A stretch of DNA of 64,000 nucleotides. Origin: a virus (lineage: Duplodnaviria > Heunggongvirae > Uroviricota > Caudoviricetes). How positions within the stretch are numbered: the first letter of the stretch is position 1; every line of letters begins with the position of its first letter. Below, piece by piece: positions 48,621-58,339 of this stretch. The translations under genes were made by a program, and so were the position numbers. The stretch is from the IMG/VR virus record IMGVR_UViG_3300042901_002340, one strand, 5' to 3'. The notes beneath the pieces are model-generated. The model saw only the letters and a list, made by a program, of their open reading frames with translations, was not told where the DNA came from and searched no databases.

Positions 48621-51179
48621 TACTTCCTCGGATTCTTTAATATTATATCCACCACCATAAACTTCACGATCCTTTATATCAGAAGCTTCAAACCTAAAAT
48701 CACCATTCTTGTCATCAGGTGCTGATCTAAGATTATCCTTGCCTAATTCTTTACCATTTACTTTATTATGATTTCCAGGAGCAGCAGCTAAATTCTTTTT
48801 AGCGTTTGCGTTTTTACCTTTACCCATTGCATCATCACCAGGAGCATCGGAAAAATTAGGATCAGTTGTACCTTTAGTTAACTTGGATTTACCCTTTTTA
48901 TCAGGAGCATTAACTAGAGTTTTATTTTTAATAGCTGAAGCAGGAGCTTTTTTGTCATTTCCAGGGGCTTTAGAATAATTAGTTTTAGGTGTTCCGTTTT
49001 TAAGATCAGCCTTAGCCTCATTCATTGTTCTGTTATATCCATGTAATGAATCACCATCCATATCTATCTTTTCGTTGTCCGAAACAGGTGCTTTAGAGAA
49101 TCCGTGCATACCAGCAAGTTTCTTTAACATTTTCTTTTGTTCGCTTTCAGGAAGATCTGATTTATTAAGATTGTTTGATTCTTTAACCTCACCATTCTCA
49201 TCATTATTATCCTGAGAATCCGCAGACTCTTCATTGTTATCAGCAGCTTTATTTAAAGCTTCGTCCAAATCAGCAAGTTCATTTATCTGATGGTCAGCAG
49301 TTTTACCGCTATCCAAAAGAACTGTATATCTTCCGGATGAACCATCAATAGATATAACTTTACCTGTTTCCCCAGATTCCTTAACTTTTACAAAAGAACC
49401 AATATTGAATTTCTGATCCTCAAATAAATCTGGATTTGGTTGTAATTCTATATCCTCATCAATTTTTTGAATCTCTATATTTATTTGGTTCCATTTGGTT
49501 TTGAGTGACTGTAATTCTTTCTCCAACATCAAATGAGCAGCCTGTATTTCCTTCGAATTTTTATAAAGAGGATTAGATTCCATAAGCGTTTCAACTTTGG
49601 TAATTTCACCTTCTATTTTAGAAATATTCTCAAGTACTTTGTTTCTATCGTTAACCATAACAGATTTAACCTTAGATTCTCCATCAAGAAATTCCGTTAA
49701 TCCCTCAGATATATCATATCTCATAAAGTTTTTAACAAGTGCAACTGCCTGAGATCCATTAACCTCATAAAGGGAGTTTTCCCTCATAGCCTCATTTATT
49801 TTCTGAAGATAAATCTGGCCGTTCCATTTAAAAAGATTTATAGAAAGACCTTCATAAACATTTGATGTTATAGATTTAGCAAAATCCAATTCTACTATAT
49901 CGGAATAGTTTGTATAAAGAGTCATTATATCTCCAACAACTTCAGATTCATTAACACCAAAATATGAAGAGGATTCAAGACCTATTATTTTAGCAAGTCC
50001 TACTGAATCGCCAAATCTAAGTTTATCCTTCCCAAGATAAACAGCTACGTTATTATTTTCCTCCACCATGGTAACTATTTTTTTACCAAGCTTAACTGAG
50101 ATACCCGATTCGTTTATTCTAACGTGGGGTTTCATTGTGGTTAAGGAAAGTCTTAAATAATTTTCAGAAAGAGATGAATATTCATTTTTAGATAACTTTC
50201 TTAGTGAATTAGACGTAGCCTCAAAGATACATCCACCAATGAAGAAGAATGTTCTACCGTTTTCGAAAAGAACCGGAGAATAAACTTTAGAAACGCTTGA
50301 CTCTCCCTGGATGTTAACAGGTACTTCTAATTTTCTACCATCTGAGCTTTCATGTATGTTTAGAAAGTTTATAAGATTTTTAATAACAGGATTGAAACTA
50401 AATTTAGAAATATTTCTTACTAGCAATCCGTTTGATTTATTTTCAGAAACCAACCACTCATTAAGTGTTTCTGACAATTCAGAATAAAATGATGAGCTAC
50501 CGCTATTTTTAATAGATTCAAGAACTTTAGCAACCTCTATTTCTCTGGAGAATGATTTTGCTTTCTCTTTTAGTTCCTCAGCAATAGGTGCTATAGAAGA
50601 ATCCCAAGAAAAAGATGCAAGTTCATTAACAAAATTATTTATAAGTGAAAATTCAGGAATATTTTTATTATCCAAAAGATATTGATATTGTTCGCAAACC
50701 ATTTTTGCCTTAGGGTATGTATAGATTGAAGATTCTTTTATCTTCTCTATAGCACTTCTAATACCAAGATTCTTTATCCCTTGTGTTTCCACAAAAGATT
50801 TTGCAGCAAGATCAGAAGTTCCTAAATTGCTAATGCTCTCATATAAGGAATTTTCAGCATCCTTATTTTCTTTTGGTTTGTCTGAATAAGATCCACTATT
50901 ATTACCGGAGGTAGATTTTCCTAGACCTCCCCATGATTCCATTAGTGAAGCAGCAGCTTTTTTAGAGATCTCTGACTCCTCTTTTTTTATTAAATCCATA
51001 TGATTTTGTATGTTATTTCCGGTATTATCCAAATCCATAGACGTGTTATGTTCGTTAATCAAAACTACCAATTTCTCCTTAGAAATAGAACCACCACTAA
51101 GGTAGCTTTCACATAAAGCTCTAACTTCAGGGGATTTTGTAATTTCTTTTACTTTCTTAACTTGATCTATAAAGTCCAT
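48609..51179 (-). CDS. Large putative prohead core/head protein
   Basis: 856 aa under a late promoter, with many [ILV]xES protease-like sites, a coiled coil, an SH3-like domain and C-terminal xxAP repeats. Confidence 0.5.
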   Translation of the reverse strand: MDFIDQVKKVKEITKSPEVRALCESYLSGGSISKEKLVVLINEHNTSMDLDNTGNNIQNHMDLIKKEESEISKKAAASLMESWGGLGKSTSGNNSGSYSDKPKENKDAENSLYESISNLGTSDLAAKSFVETQGIKNLGIRSAIEKIKESSIYTYPKAKMVCEQYQYLLDNKNIPEFSLINNFVNELASFSWDSSIAPIAEELKEKAKSFSREIEVAKVLESIKNSGSSSFYSELSETLNEWLVSENKSNGLLVRNISKFSFNPVIKNLINFLNIHESSDGRKLEVPVNIQGESSVSKVYSPVLFENGRTFFFIGGCIFEATSNSLRKLSKNEYSSLSENYLRLSLTTMKPHVRINESGISVKLGKKIVTMVEENNNVAVYLGKDKLRFGDSVGLAKIIGLESSSYFGVNESEVVGDIMTLYTNYSDIVELDFAKSITSNVYEGLSINLFKWNGQIYLQKINEAMRENSLYEVNGSQAVALVKNFMRYDISEGLTEFLDGESKVKSVMVNDRNKVLENISKIEGEITKVETLMESNPLYKNSKEIQAAHLMLEKELQSLKTKWNQINIEIQKIDEDIELQPNPDLFEDQKFNIGSFVKVKESGETGKVISIDGSSGRYTVLLDSGKTADHQINELADLDEALNKAADNNEESADSQDNNDENGEVKESNNLNKSDLPESEQKKMLKKLAGMHGFSKAPVSDNEKIDMDGDSLHGYNRTMNEAKADLKNGTPKTNYSKAPGNDKKAPASAIKNKTLVNAPDKKGKSKLTKGTTDPNFSDAPGDDAMGKGKNANAKKNLAAAPGNHNKVNGKELGKDNLRSAPDDKNGDFRFEASDIKDREVYGGGYNIKESEEVKKN

Positions 51180-51262
51180 GGTTTACTTTTTTTTTTATTG
51201 ATTATATATCCATACAAGGACAAGAAACTTTTTACTATATATTTGATAAGAGAAATATTTTA

Positions 51263-51748
51263 TCACCTTCCTATTAATATCTCCAGTTTTATCTGAAAGT
51301 CATTATGCGGGTTGTTAAATATCATTCCTCCGTTATTTAAGTATTCATTAGGTTTTGCTAAATTCCAGCCCTCATAAGAAGAATCTGTAGTATATTGCTT
51401 ACTTCCAGAAAGTATCATCAATTCTCCCATATTCATAACTTGGCCATTATATGTCCAAGTTAGATATTTTTTAGATTCAACAACAGTAGTAGGAAATTTT
51501 GCTTTTATAGCAATGAAAGAAACATAACCCATTTCATCACCTATAGCTCCCTGACTTAATAGGAATGATTCCCCCGCATTAAGAGAAACCCGACTTTTAG
51601 AAAATGATTCAACACCTATAAAGAGATCCTTCATGGAAAGATATTTGGGTGGTGATGACTTTGTTCCGTCATCTAAAACTAAATTTTCTTTATAAAATCT
51701 AAATCCTTCCGGTGTTTGATAAGGACATTCTACTGGTCTTGTTGCCAT
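51263..51748 (-). CDS. Hypothetical structural protein (paralogue of the next gene)
   Basis: MGELMILSG...GWN...NGGMIFNNP, shared with 51750..52439. Confidence 0.55.
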   Translation of the reverse strand: MATRPVECPYQTPEGFRFYKENLVLDDGTKSSPPKYLSMKDLFIGVESFSKSRVSLNAGESFLLSQGAIGDEMGYVSFIAIKAKFPTTVVESKKYLTWTYNGQVMNMGELMILSGSKQYTTDSSYEGWNLAKPNEYLNNGGMIFNNPHNDFQIKLEILIGR

Positions 51749-51749
51749 A

Positions 51750-52439
51750 TTAATTTGCTGTTATTATTGTTAATTTCACAACTAATTCTGTTGGGTTAGT
51801 AAATATAAATCCACCATTAGCGCTATTGGGTAAATCGGAGTGATTATATGTGCTGAATGGATCTATATCCCATCCTTTCCAATTGACCCCCTCCTTTATT
51901 GCTCCGGTTAAAACCATAAAATCACCCATCAAATTTCTTTGTGATCCTAGATAATCCCAGAATAATACTCTATCATCATCCTTAGCTTCCGGTAAATATT
52001 CAGCTCTTGCAATTAGCATAGATATCTCCCCGTTTGTATCCATAAATGATCCTGGATCCAGATTGAAAGATGTTGTTGGATTTATTATTATTGTTTGTTT
52101 CTGGTAATTTGAAAAACTCTGAAGAGGATGGAAAAATTCAGCAACATCAATAAAATCCAAAACCTGTGATTGGTAAACAACGTCGAATGACTCCTTTATA
52201 AATTTAATACCAACAGGATCATTAAATCGCTGAAAAGTTGCTTCTATCTGTTTAAATTGACTTGTGTCTAATGCTATATTTCTATACTCCGTCTTAAAAG
52301 ATCCAGTAGCACCATTTGTTGGTTCCTGATTGGGGCTTATAGGGAAACCTGAACCACCTCCGGATATCTCATTACCGCCAGGAAATACAGATGATCCACC
52401 ATCGTAATTATTTATGCTAGGATTTTCTAAATTTTGCAC
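51750..52439 (-). CDS. Hypothetical structural protein (paralogue)
   Basis: MGDFMVLTG...GWD...NGGFIFTNP. GTG start. Confidence 0.55.
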   Translation of the reverse strand: MQNLENPSINNYDGGSSVFPGGNEISGGGSGFPISPNQEPTNGATGSFKTEYRNIALDTSQFKQIEATFQRFNDPVGIKFIKESFDVVYQSQVLDFIDVAEFFHPLQSFSNYQKQTIIINPTTSFNLDPGSFMDTNGEISMLIARAEYLPEAKDDDRVLFWDYLGSQRNLMGDFMVLTGAIKEGVNWKGWDIDPFSTYNHSDLPNSANGGFIFTNPTELVVKLTIITAN

Positions 52440-52453
52440 AATCTTCTATTATT

Positions 52454-53080
52454 TTATTTTATTCTGGTAGGATCCTGATGAGGAGTCTCCCTGTAGACAA
52501 GGTCCCTTAAACTTACCTGCTGATGATCTTCCACCGGTTGAATTTCATTAGTAATATCAATATTTACTGGTTCTTCATTCAGTGCAGATGTATCTAAATT
52601 TTCAGAATCATCACCCTCTGGATTTTTGTTAGTCTCTTCTGCTTCCGGTCTTATGTAATCAACCAAAGACTTTATAAATCCTAGAGAAACAAGGGGTAAT
52701 ATAGCACCACTTATTATGGAAAGAATTCTTTTCTGATAAATTGGGTCCTCGTCAACCAGTCCAAATAATTCTATCCATCCAGCAAAATCATTCAGGTGTG
52801 AATATGCATAGTAAGTATTACCCATAGCTTGAACCAGTGTTAGAATTATAAATAAACTCCATACTACAAATTTATTCATCTTATCCAAAACAACCAATGA
52901 CGCAAGCGATGCCGCAGCTCCCACCTCGAAAGCTAATGCTAAAGATATAGCTAACCATTCAGGATTCGATAATCTGAAAAAATCTATAACGTGTATAGTT
53001 GATATAATAGAAACAATCAGATATAAAACAACAAAAGTTGTTATAACAAACCCGCTAACTAATTTGCTTTTATTCGTCAT
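52454..53080 (-). CDS. Integral membrane protein (about 4 TM helices; possible holin-like)
   Basis: Four hydrophobic segments followed by an acidic tail. Confidence 0.55.
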   Translation of the reverse strand: MTNKSKLVSGFVITTFVVLYLIVSIISTIHVIDFFRLSNPEWLAISLALAFEVGAAASLASLVVLDKMNKFVVWSLFIILTLVQAMGNTYYAYSHLNDFAGWIELFGLVDEDPIYQKRILSIISGAILPLVSLGFIKSLVDYIRPEAEETNKNPEGDDSENLDTSALNEEPVNIDITNEIQPVEDHQQVSLRDLVYRETPHQDPTRIK

Positions 53081-53087
53081 GTTATTT

Positions 53088-53360
53088 TTATTTTACTAAA
53101 CCTATTTCCTTATCTATTTCGCTTTGTCTATTAACATCGAGAATTTTTCTATCCGTTGATTGTATCATTCTTTTCTCAACTCTAAGACCCTCAATTCTAA
53201 TATCCCTATCGGTAGGTAAACTATCAACCTTCGCTTCAATCCTGGATTCTTGCTTTTTCAGTGCTTTTAGATCGGATCCATTTCCACAGGATTTAAAGTA
53301 TATCAGAACCAAAAGTCCAATAATTATTTTATTACCGTGTTCCTTAAAAAAGTTATTCAT
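53088..53360 (-). CDS. Membrane-anchored or lipoprotein-like coiled-coil protein
   Basis: KIIIGLLVLIYFKSCG hydrophobic segment ending in Cys. A late promoter lies upstream. Confidence 0.5.
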   Translation of the reverse strand: MNNFFKEHGNKIIIGLLVLIYFKSCGNGSDLKALKKQESRIEAKVDSLPTDRDIRIEGLRVEKRMIQSTDRKILDVNRQSEIDKEIGLVK

Positions 53361-53409
53361 AATTATATGTTTAAAAATTTATCTACTATATATCTGAAAA
53401 AATAAACAC

Positions 53410-53436
53410 AAAAAAAGCCAGACTATGTCTGGCTTT
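53410..53436 (-). terminator. Intrinsic terminator
   Basis: aaagccagac-tat-gtctggcttt with an A-tract. Confidence 0.85.
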
Positions 53437-53459
53437 AATTTTTCTATATAATCTGAATA

Positions 53460-54050
53460 TTACCCCAGAGTCATTCCTTGCATTGCTGCATTAAGTTGGG
53501 CCTCTATATCTTTAACATCAGATGCATCTTTTTTAGCATCAGATAAAGCCTGATCAAAAGCTTTATATAACGTGATGAATTCGTTTGCACTTTCAAGACC
53601 GGTACCTCTAGATTTTGATATAAAATAGTGGCTAGCCTCTAAGGGAAGAGCACCAAGATAAATGACATCATCTTTTATTCCGTCCTTCGCTATTTTTTGT
53701 ATCTCTTTATTGATTTGAATCACACCAAGAGCTTCAGTGGATGTCCATTCTGCTTTATTTACTACGAAATCTTTATACAATTCAAAAATTTCCTTGGTAC
53801 AAGAAACCGCATAAACTTTCGTTCTGATTTCGGTTTTCTTTTCCTCTAGTTTTTCCTTTAATTCTCCAATTAGAGCATCATCTAAATTACTGATGAAATC
53901 ATTTTCATTAAAATCAACAGTGGATGATGCATCAGGACCCATGCTTATTGTCTCGATTTTTTCTGCTTCTTTCTTATTGTTTTTTGACATAATATTTTTA
54001 TATTTTATATTTTTAGTATTTTTTTTGTTTTTGTTTCTATGATAAATCAA
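53460..54050 (-). CDS. Hypothetical protein
   Basis: Helical ORF. The true start is probably the internal MSKNNKK. Confidence 0.55.
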   Translation of the reverse strand: MIYHRNKNKKNTKNIKYKNIMSKNNKKEAEKIETISMGPDASSTVDFNENDFISNLDDALIGELKEKLEEKKTEIRTKVYAVSCTKEIFELYKDFVVNKAEWTSTEALGVIQINKEIQKIAKDGIKDDVIYLGALPLEASHYFISKSRGTGLESANEFITLYKAFDQALSDAKKDASDVKDIEAQLNAAMQGMTLG

Positions 54051-54882
54051 AAATATCTAGATTATTACATCTATTTTGATCCAAATATGCTCTTAAAGGT
54101 TCTCTTAGGTCTTTAGCAGGATATATCTTAGGTTCGCTTTCTGGTCCTATATGACACAAAAAACCACTTTCTGTCTCTATCCCAAGTTCATCTTCCAATA
54201 TGAGTCTATAAAGTGATATCTGTATAGAATATTCATTGTGGTGATTTTCATACAAAAAACTAAACGGTCTAAGTAGCTTTTTATATTTTCCTTTCGGGTG
54301 GTTATCATCCTTAAACTCACCATTTGTCTTCCAATCACCTAATATAAAAAGTACCTTATTTCTCTTAGAATCCCAGAATAAGAATGGCTGATCTATGGTA
54401 CCAGCTAATCTCCACTTTTTTGAAAATATCCTCAATTCAGATTTTAATGGGACTAGAGAATGAAATTTCCTATTGTATAGGTCCATAAATTTATCAACTC
54501 TGGATCTATATTCAGTATCAGCATCGGGTAATTGCGGATCTAATCCACTCCAGAAATCCTCTATAAACTTATGTACTTTAGTTCCAAGTTCATTAGCGAC
54601 GTCGCCTTTTTCTTTCCATTCGTTCAATATAACAGATTGCTCAACTCCACGCTCTCTAGCTTTTTTCTTGGACCAATATTCCTTATCAAATGGGGTTTTA
54701 AAAGTTTTAAGATACGTAGTAACAGAATCAAACTTTACACCATTGTATCTATAAACGTGGCTAGGTTCGTCAAAATCGAATCTATTGTCATTAAAGAATT
54801 TTAGTTTATCGTTTATCTCATTCTTCGCCTTCTCTATAGCTTCTACCATGGAAGATGTAATAGATTGGATACGTAATCCCAT
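54037..54882 (-). CDS. PD-(D/E)xK exonuclease (lambda-exo/Cas4-like fold)
   Basis: SVTT, GTKVHKFIE, SE..I....LAGTID, DWKT and Y.IQISLY. The likely start is 54849 (MVEAIEK). Confidence 0.8.
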   Translation of the reverse strand: MGLRIQSITSSMVEAIEKAKNEINDKLKFFNDNRFDFDEPSHVYRYNGVKFDSVTTYLKTFKTPFDKEYWSKKKARERGVEQSVILNEWKEKGDVANELGTKVHKFIEDFWSGLDPQLPDADTEYRSRVDKFMDLYNRKFHSLVPLKSELRIFSKKWRLAGTIDQPFLFWDSKRNKVLFILGDWKTNGEFKDDNHPKGKYKKLLRPFSFLYENHHNEYSIQISLYRLILEDELGIETESGFLCHIGPESEPKIYPAKDLREPLRAYLDQNRCNNLDIFDLS

Positions 54883-55289
54883 TTAATATAAATTAGTAAT
54901 ATTAAAGCAATTTCCGATATGAATCTAAATATCCAGATCCAGCTAATTTCTCTGAAAACGAATTGGTAAACAACAAGATATGACTCGTCATTTGTACCCT
55001 TTACAGGATCTATCCATAAAGTCAATATCTCCTCAAGGTTTAACGACTTCAGATAAGCATTTATTGGTTTTATTTCATTCAATACAAAGGAAGGTCTAGC
55101 TTCCTTGGGAAGATCATTAGACATCAATACCTCAGGTGGTAAATTAACAACTGTGTATATTCTATTAAGATAATCTCTCCTTAAATTCTTCCTACTCCAT
55201 AGAGGGGAGTTAAGTTCCTCCGATTTTATTTGTTTAACATATTCTCTATATAGAGATATCTCCTTTAGGACTCTGAGCAATCTAAACAT
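54843..55289 (-). CDS. Hypothetical protein with a C-terminal TM segment
   Basis: 148 aa with a hydrophobic C-terminus. Confidence 0.55.
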   Translation of the reverse strand: MFRLLRVLKEISLYREYVKQIKSEELNSPLWSRKNLRRDYLNRIYTVVNLPPEVLMSNDLPKEARPSFVLNEIKPINAYLKSLNLEEILTLWIDPVKGTNDESYLVVYQFVFREISWIWIFRFISEIALILLIYIKWDYVSNLLHLPW

Positions 55290-55321
55290 AACATTTTTAT
55301 TATTTTATACTGGAAAACAAA

Positions 55322-56002
55322 TCAAAGTTTCTCAGATGGTAATTTTGATGGTGAATTATTTGTTTTGCATCTACTTTTCCCAGTAATAATTTCAACAGAT
55401 TCAGGACCAACATTTTTTGTTATCTTATTTCTCGCTCTTCTTATTCTGGTAGCTACCGATCTCTTCTTAAGATCATACTTTTCCGCTATATCCTTATATT
55501 TCATATTATTGATTTCCCTATCAATCATTATGTTTTTATAAAGGTCAGGAAGATTCTCTATTTCCTCTATAACAGATCCATATATCTCATCAAATTTGTT
55601 AGTTTCATTAAAAAATGAATTTGATTGATCCTCCTCCATATTATATGTTCCCCCAACATCACCAATTTCATTATTCGATGAAAAGAATTCCATTTCTAAA
55701 CTTGTTCTCGCGTTATATTTCTTCTCCTCCTTCATTAAAAGAAGAGTTTCGTTTCTTGCTATATTATAGCACCATGTTGAAAAATTACCTCTCTCGTCAT
55801 TATACTGATCTATTTTTTGCCATATCTTGGACATGGTGTTCAGGAAGGCATCCTCCGCTAGAGAAGGATCCTTCACTATTAAAAAACAGTGATTAAGTAT
55901 GCCAGGTTTTAATCTTTCAAAGAGATCTCTGAATGATTTATCAGATTTTTGTTTTATAAATTCTCCCGCTAATTTTTGTATATTTTTTTCCTTTCCTTGC
56001 AT
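55322..56002 (-). CDS. RNA polymerase sigma factor, sigma70/ECF family
   Basis: Region 2 AEDAFLNTMSKIWQKIDQY...NFSTWCYNIARN and region 4 LPDLYK...MKYKDIAEKYDL..RSVATRIRRAR. Confidence 0.9.
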   Translation of the reverse strand: MQGKEKNIQKLAGEFIKQKSDKSFRDLFERLKPGILNHCFLIVKDPSLAEDAFLNTMSKIWQKIDQYNDERGNFSTWCYNIARNETLLLMKEEKKYNARTSLEMEFFSSNNEIGDVGGTYNMEEDQSNSFFNETNKFDEIYGSVIEEIENLPDLYKNIMIDREINNMKYKDIAEKYDLKKRSVATRIRRARNKITKNVGPESVEIITGKSRCKTNNSPSKLPSEKL

Positions 56003-56003
56003 A

Positions 56004-56579
56004 TTATTGTTTTTTTCTTAAGATTTCTATTCCTGCTTCAGCAAGGAAAGCTATTGATTCTGGTTTTCTGTAAATTTCTGAAAATACCACTCTTCTAATA
56101 CCTGATTGTATTATTAGTTTAGAACATTCGTAACATGGGGATAGAGTTACATATAATGTTGACCCATCGGAGCTTTGTGTTCCTCTCGCTAATTTTGTTA
56201 TTGCATTAGCTTCAGCGTGTAGCACATACGGTAATGTAACATCATTAACCTCGCATATATTGGGAAACCCGCTAGGAGATCCATTGTATCCATCCGATAT
56301 TATTGACTTATCCTTGACTATAAGAGAACCAACCTGCATTCTTTTGCATTTAGAATTCTTCGACCAAACTTGAGCCATCTCCATGTATATCGAGTCTTTT
56401 TCATGTTGCTTTGGTTCAGTAAATTTTATATTTGGGTCATCCGAATAGAACACTTCATAACTGATGGTGGAATCATATCCAGACAAAGATTTAATTATTT
56501 TTCTTTCAATCTTCCAGGTGGGTTTTTTTAGAAAATCCTCTGTTATAAAAGAGGTATCTCCGTGGATTTCAAATTTCAT
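56004..56579 (-). CDS. dCMP deaminase
   Basis: SKCKRMQVG, GYNGSPSG, HAEANAI and LSPCYEC. Confidence 0.92.
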   Translation of the reverse strand: MKFEIHGDTSFITEDFLKKPTWKIERKIIKSLSGYDSTISYEVFYSDDPNIKFTEPKQHEKDSIYMEMAQVWSKNSKCKRMQVGSLIVKDKSIISDGYNGSPSGFPNICEVNDVTLPYVLHAEANAITKLARGTQSSDGSTLYVTLSPCYECSKLIIQSGIRRVVFSEIYRKPESIAFLAEAGIEILRKKQ

Positions 56580-56602
56580 GGGGCAGATTTTTTAATATCT
56601 TA

Positions 56603-56623
56603 CAAATATAAATCAAAAATACG
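56603..56623 (-). promoter_or_regulatory. Host-type (TAnnTTTG) early promoter driving the dCMP deaminase-ECF sigma operon
   Basis: Minus strand CGT-N10-TATATTTGTA. Confidence 0.7.
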
Positions 56624-56652
56624 GGATAAAAAAATAAATTTGGAATTATTTT

Positions 56653-58311
56653 CTAAATTCTTCTAGAATCAGGCCTCATTGGAGAATCAAGAGAAGTTAC
56701 ACTTAATGGACCTTCTAACAGAGACCCCATTCTACTGAGTGCAGCTATAATAGTATCAATATCCTTCCTTGTAATGGAACCTCCACTGGATGCATTATCT
56801 TCACTCTTTGGTGCACTACTACTATCTGTTGTTGATGCACCTTCGGTATTTGATTCAGTTGAATTACCGGAAGCTTCTTTTACTGGAGATGTCACAGGCT
56901 CAGGAACAGGGGCAGCTTTTTGTGCTGGTTCAGCTTTGGTCTTAGATAAAGATACATTCGACAAGGAGGGTAAGTTCTTTTTAATATCACCACCAGAAAT
57001 ACCAGGATTCTCAACGTTTTCCTTTGAACCTTTCTTAAGAAAAGAAAGACCAGGATTCTCAACGTTTTCATTTGAACCTTTCTTAAGAAAAGAAAGACCG
57101 GAGGTTAAAGAACTCTTAGCAATATCGGGTATATTGAGATCCGACTTATTTATTAGTGTATCTGCAGATCCCTTTAGAGTTCCAGTTAATTTATCCTTTA
57201 ATCCACCACCTAATAATCCAGAAGCCCCGGATTCTATTTTTCCAGCTACACCCTTAATATTATCTTTAGAGAATGTCTTAGAAAAAAGACCTGGTTTTTT
57301 CTCAACCATCTCCGGAGAATTCTTACTAGTCTCTAAATTGGAAGATTCGTCTTTTTTTGGTATTTCGGATTTACCAGAAACTATACTTTCGGGTTTAGTA
57401 ACAACCTTAGGTTCAACGGAAGATAAACTTTCAGATTTATTAGCTGGTTTACCTAGCTTTGCTATATCCTCCTTAGTAAAAGTTTTTTGTTCGCTCTTAA
57501 TCCTATAGTTTTCTATATAATACTCAAGTTCATCATTAAGTTCATCCGGATCCGAATAAAAAACGGGATCCTCACTTAAAAGTTGACTTCTCTTCTCATC
57601 AATCTCCTCCTTGGATGGATACTTGGTACCATTTTTTTTCTTAAGCTTGTCGTTGATCGATGAAGGCTTCTCTGATAATATTGCTTCAGTCTTATCATTA
57701 GGTATAACAGTAGTATCTTTAGGAAGTTTAGCAATTTCAGGACCTCCCTCGCCCACAAGATAAGCTCCAGGAATTTCAACCTTACCACCACTCTTAAATC
57801 CACCAAGTATACCCTTCCCTATGTTCCCAACAGACCCAGATATAAAATCCTTAACACCAGAGCCGGAGGTAAGGTTCTTAGCCATCCCGCCAAGATCCAT
57901 ATTTTTAAGATCGGAAACTCCCTTAAATGATTCAGTTATTCCCTTTACATCAAATCCTTTCAGACCCTCAGTTATACCTTTGAAATCAAGTCCCTTTAAT
58001 CCCTTTTCAAGTCCTTTGAAATCAAGGCTTTTAATGCCATTTTCAAGGCCTTTAAAGTCCAACTTATCTATACCCTTTAATCCATCTTTAAGTCCCTTAA
58101 ATTCATCCTTAAGTCCCTTAAAATCGAGGGATTTTAATCCCTCCGCTATCTTTGCTGCATCCTTTGATTCAGATGGAGCTTTACTTTCAACAGAATCAGC
58201 TTTTACTAGATCCTTATTAACGGTTGTATTCTTTTTTACCTCACCAGAAAGTTTATCTATGTTTCTGCTAAGATCTAGTAATTGAGAAATAAGTTTTGGG
58301 TCGGTAGCCAT
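56653..58311 (-). CDS. Baseplate hub/tape-measure-like protein (gp29-like position)
   Basis: GGKV..PGAYLVGEGGPEI motif seen in tail/tape-measure proteins, amphipathic LDFKGLxxGLK repeats, and position after the chaperone-like genes. Confidence 0.5.
   Translation of the reverse strand: MATDPKLISQLLDLSRNIDKLSGEVKKNTTVNKDLVKADSVESKAPSESKDAAKIAEGLKSLDFKGLKDEFKGLKDGLKGIDKLDFKGLENGIKSLDFKGLEKGLKGLDFKGITEGLKGFDVKGITESFKGVSDLKNMDLGGMAKNLTSGSGVKDFISGSVGNIGKGILGGFKSGGKVEIPGAYLVGEGGPEIAKLPKDTTVIPNDKTEAILSEKPSSINDKLKKKNGTKYPSKEEIDEKRSQLLSEDPVFYSDPDELNDELEYYIENYRIKSEQKTFTKEDIAKLGKPANKSESLSSVEPKVVTKPESIVSGKSEIPKKDESSNLETSKNSPEMVEKKPGLFSKTFSKDNIKGVAGKIESGASGLLGGGLKDKLTGTLKGSADTLINKSDLNIPDIAKSSLTSGLSFLKKGSNENVENPGLSFLKKGSKENVENPGISGGDIKKNLPSLSNVSLSKTKAEPAQKAAPVPEPVTSPVKEASGNSTESNTEGASTTDSSSAPKSEDNASSGGSITRKDIDTIIAALSRMGSLLEGPLSVTSLDSPMRPDSRRI
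57001..57096 (-). repeat. 48-bp tandem duplication (one mismatch)
   Basis: Encodes LSFLKKGS[N/K]ENVENPG twice. Confidence 0.9.
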
Positions 58312-58339
58312 TTTATGTTTATTCTATATATTTTAAAAT

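Noticed and set aside
54037-54882. Cas4 / CRISPR adaptation gene
   Set aside because: It has PD-(D/E)xK motifs but no four-Cys Fe-S cluster pattern and no array or cas context. This is a common phage exonuclease.
56774-58285. Long plus-strand ORFs (e.g. 56774..57508, 57821..58285, 39165..39809, 43905..44492, 21958..22410)
   Set aside because: They are antisense shadows of well-supported minus-strand genes, S/F/L-rich, with no promoters or recognisable motifs.
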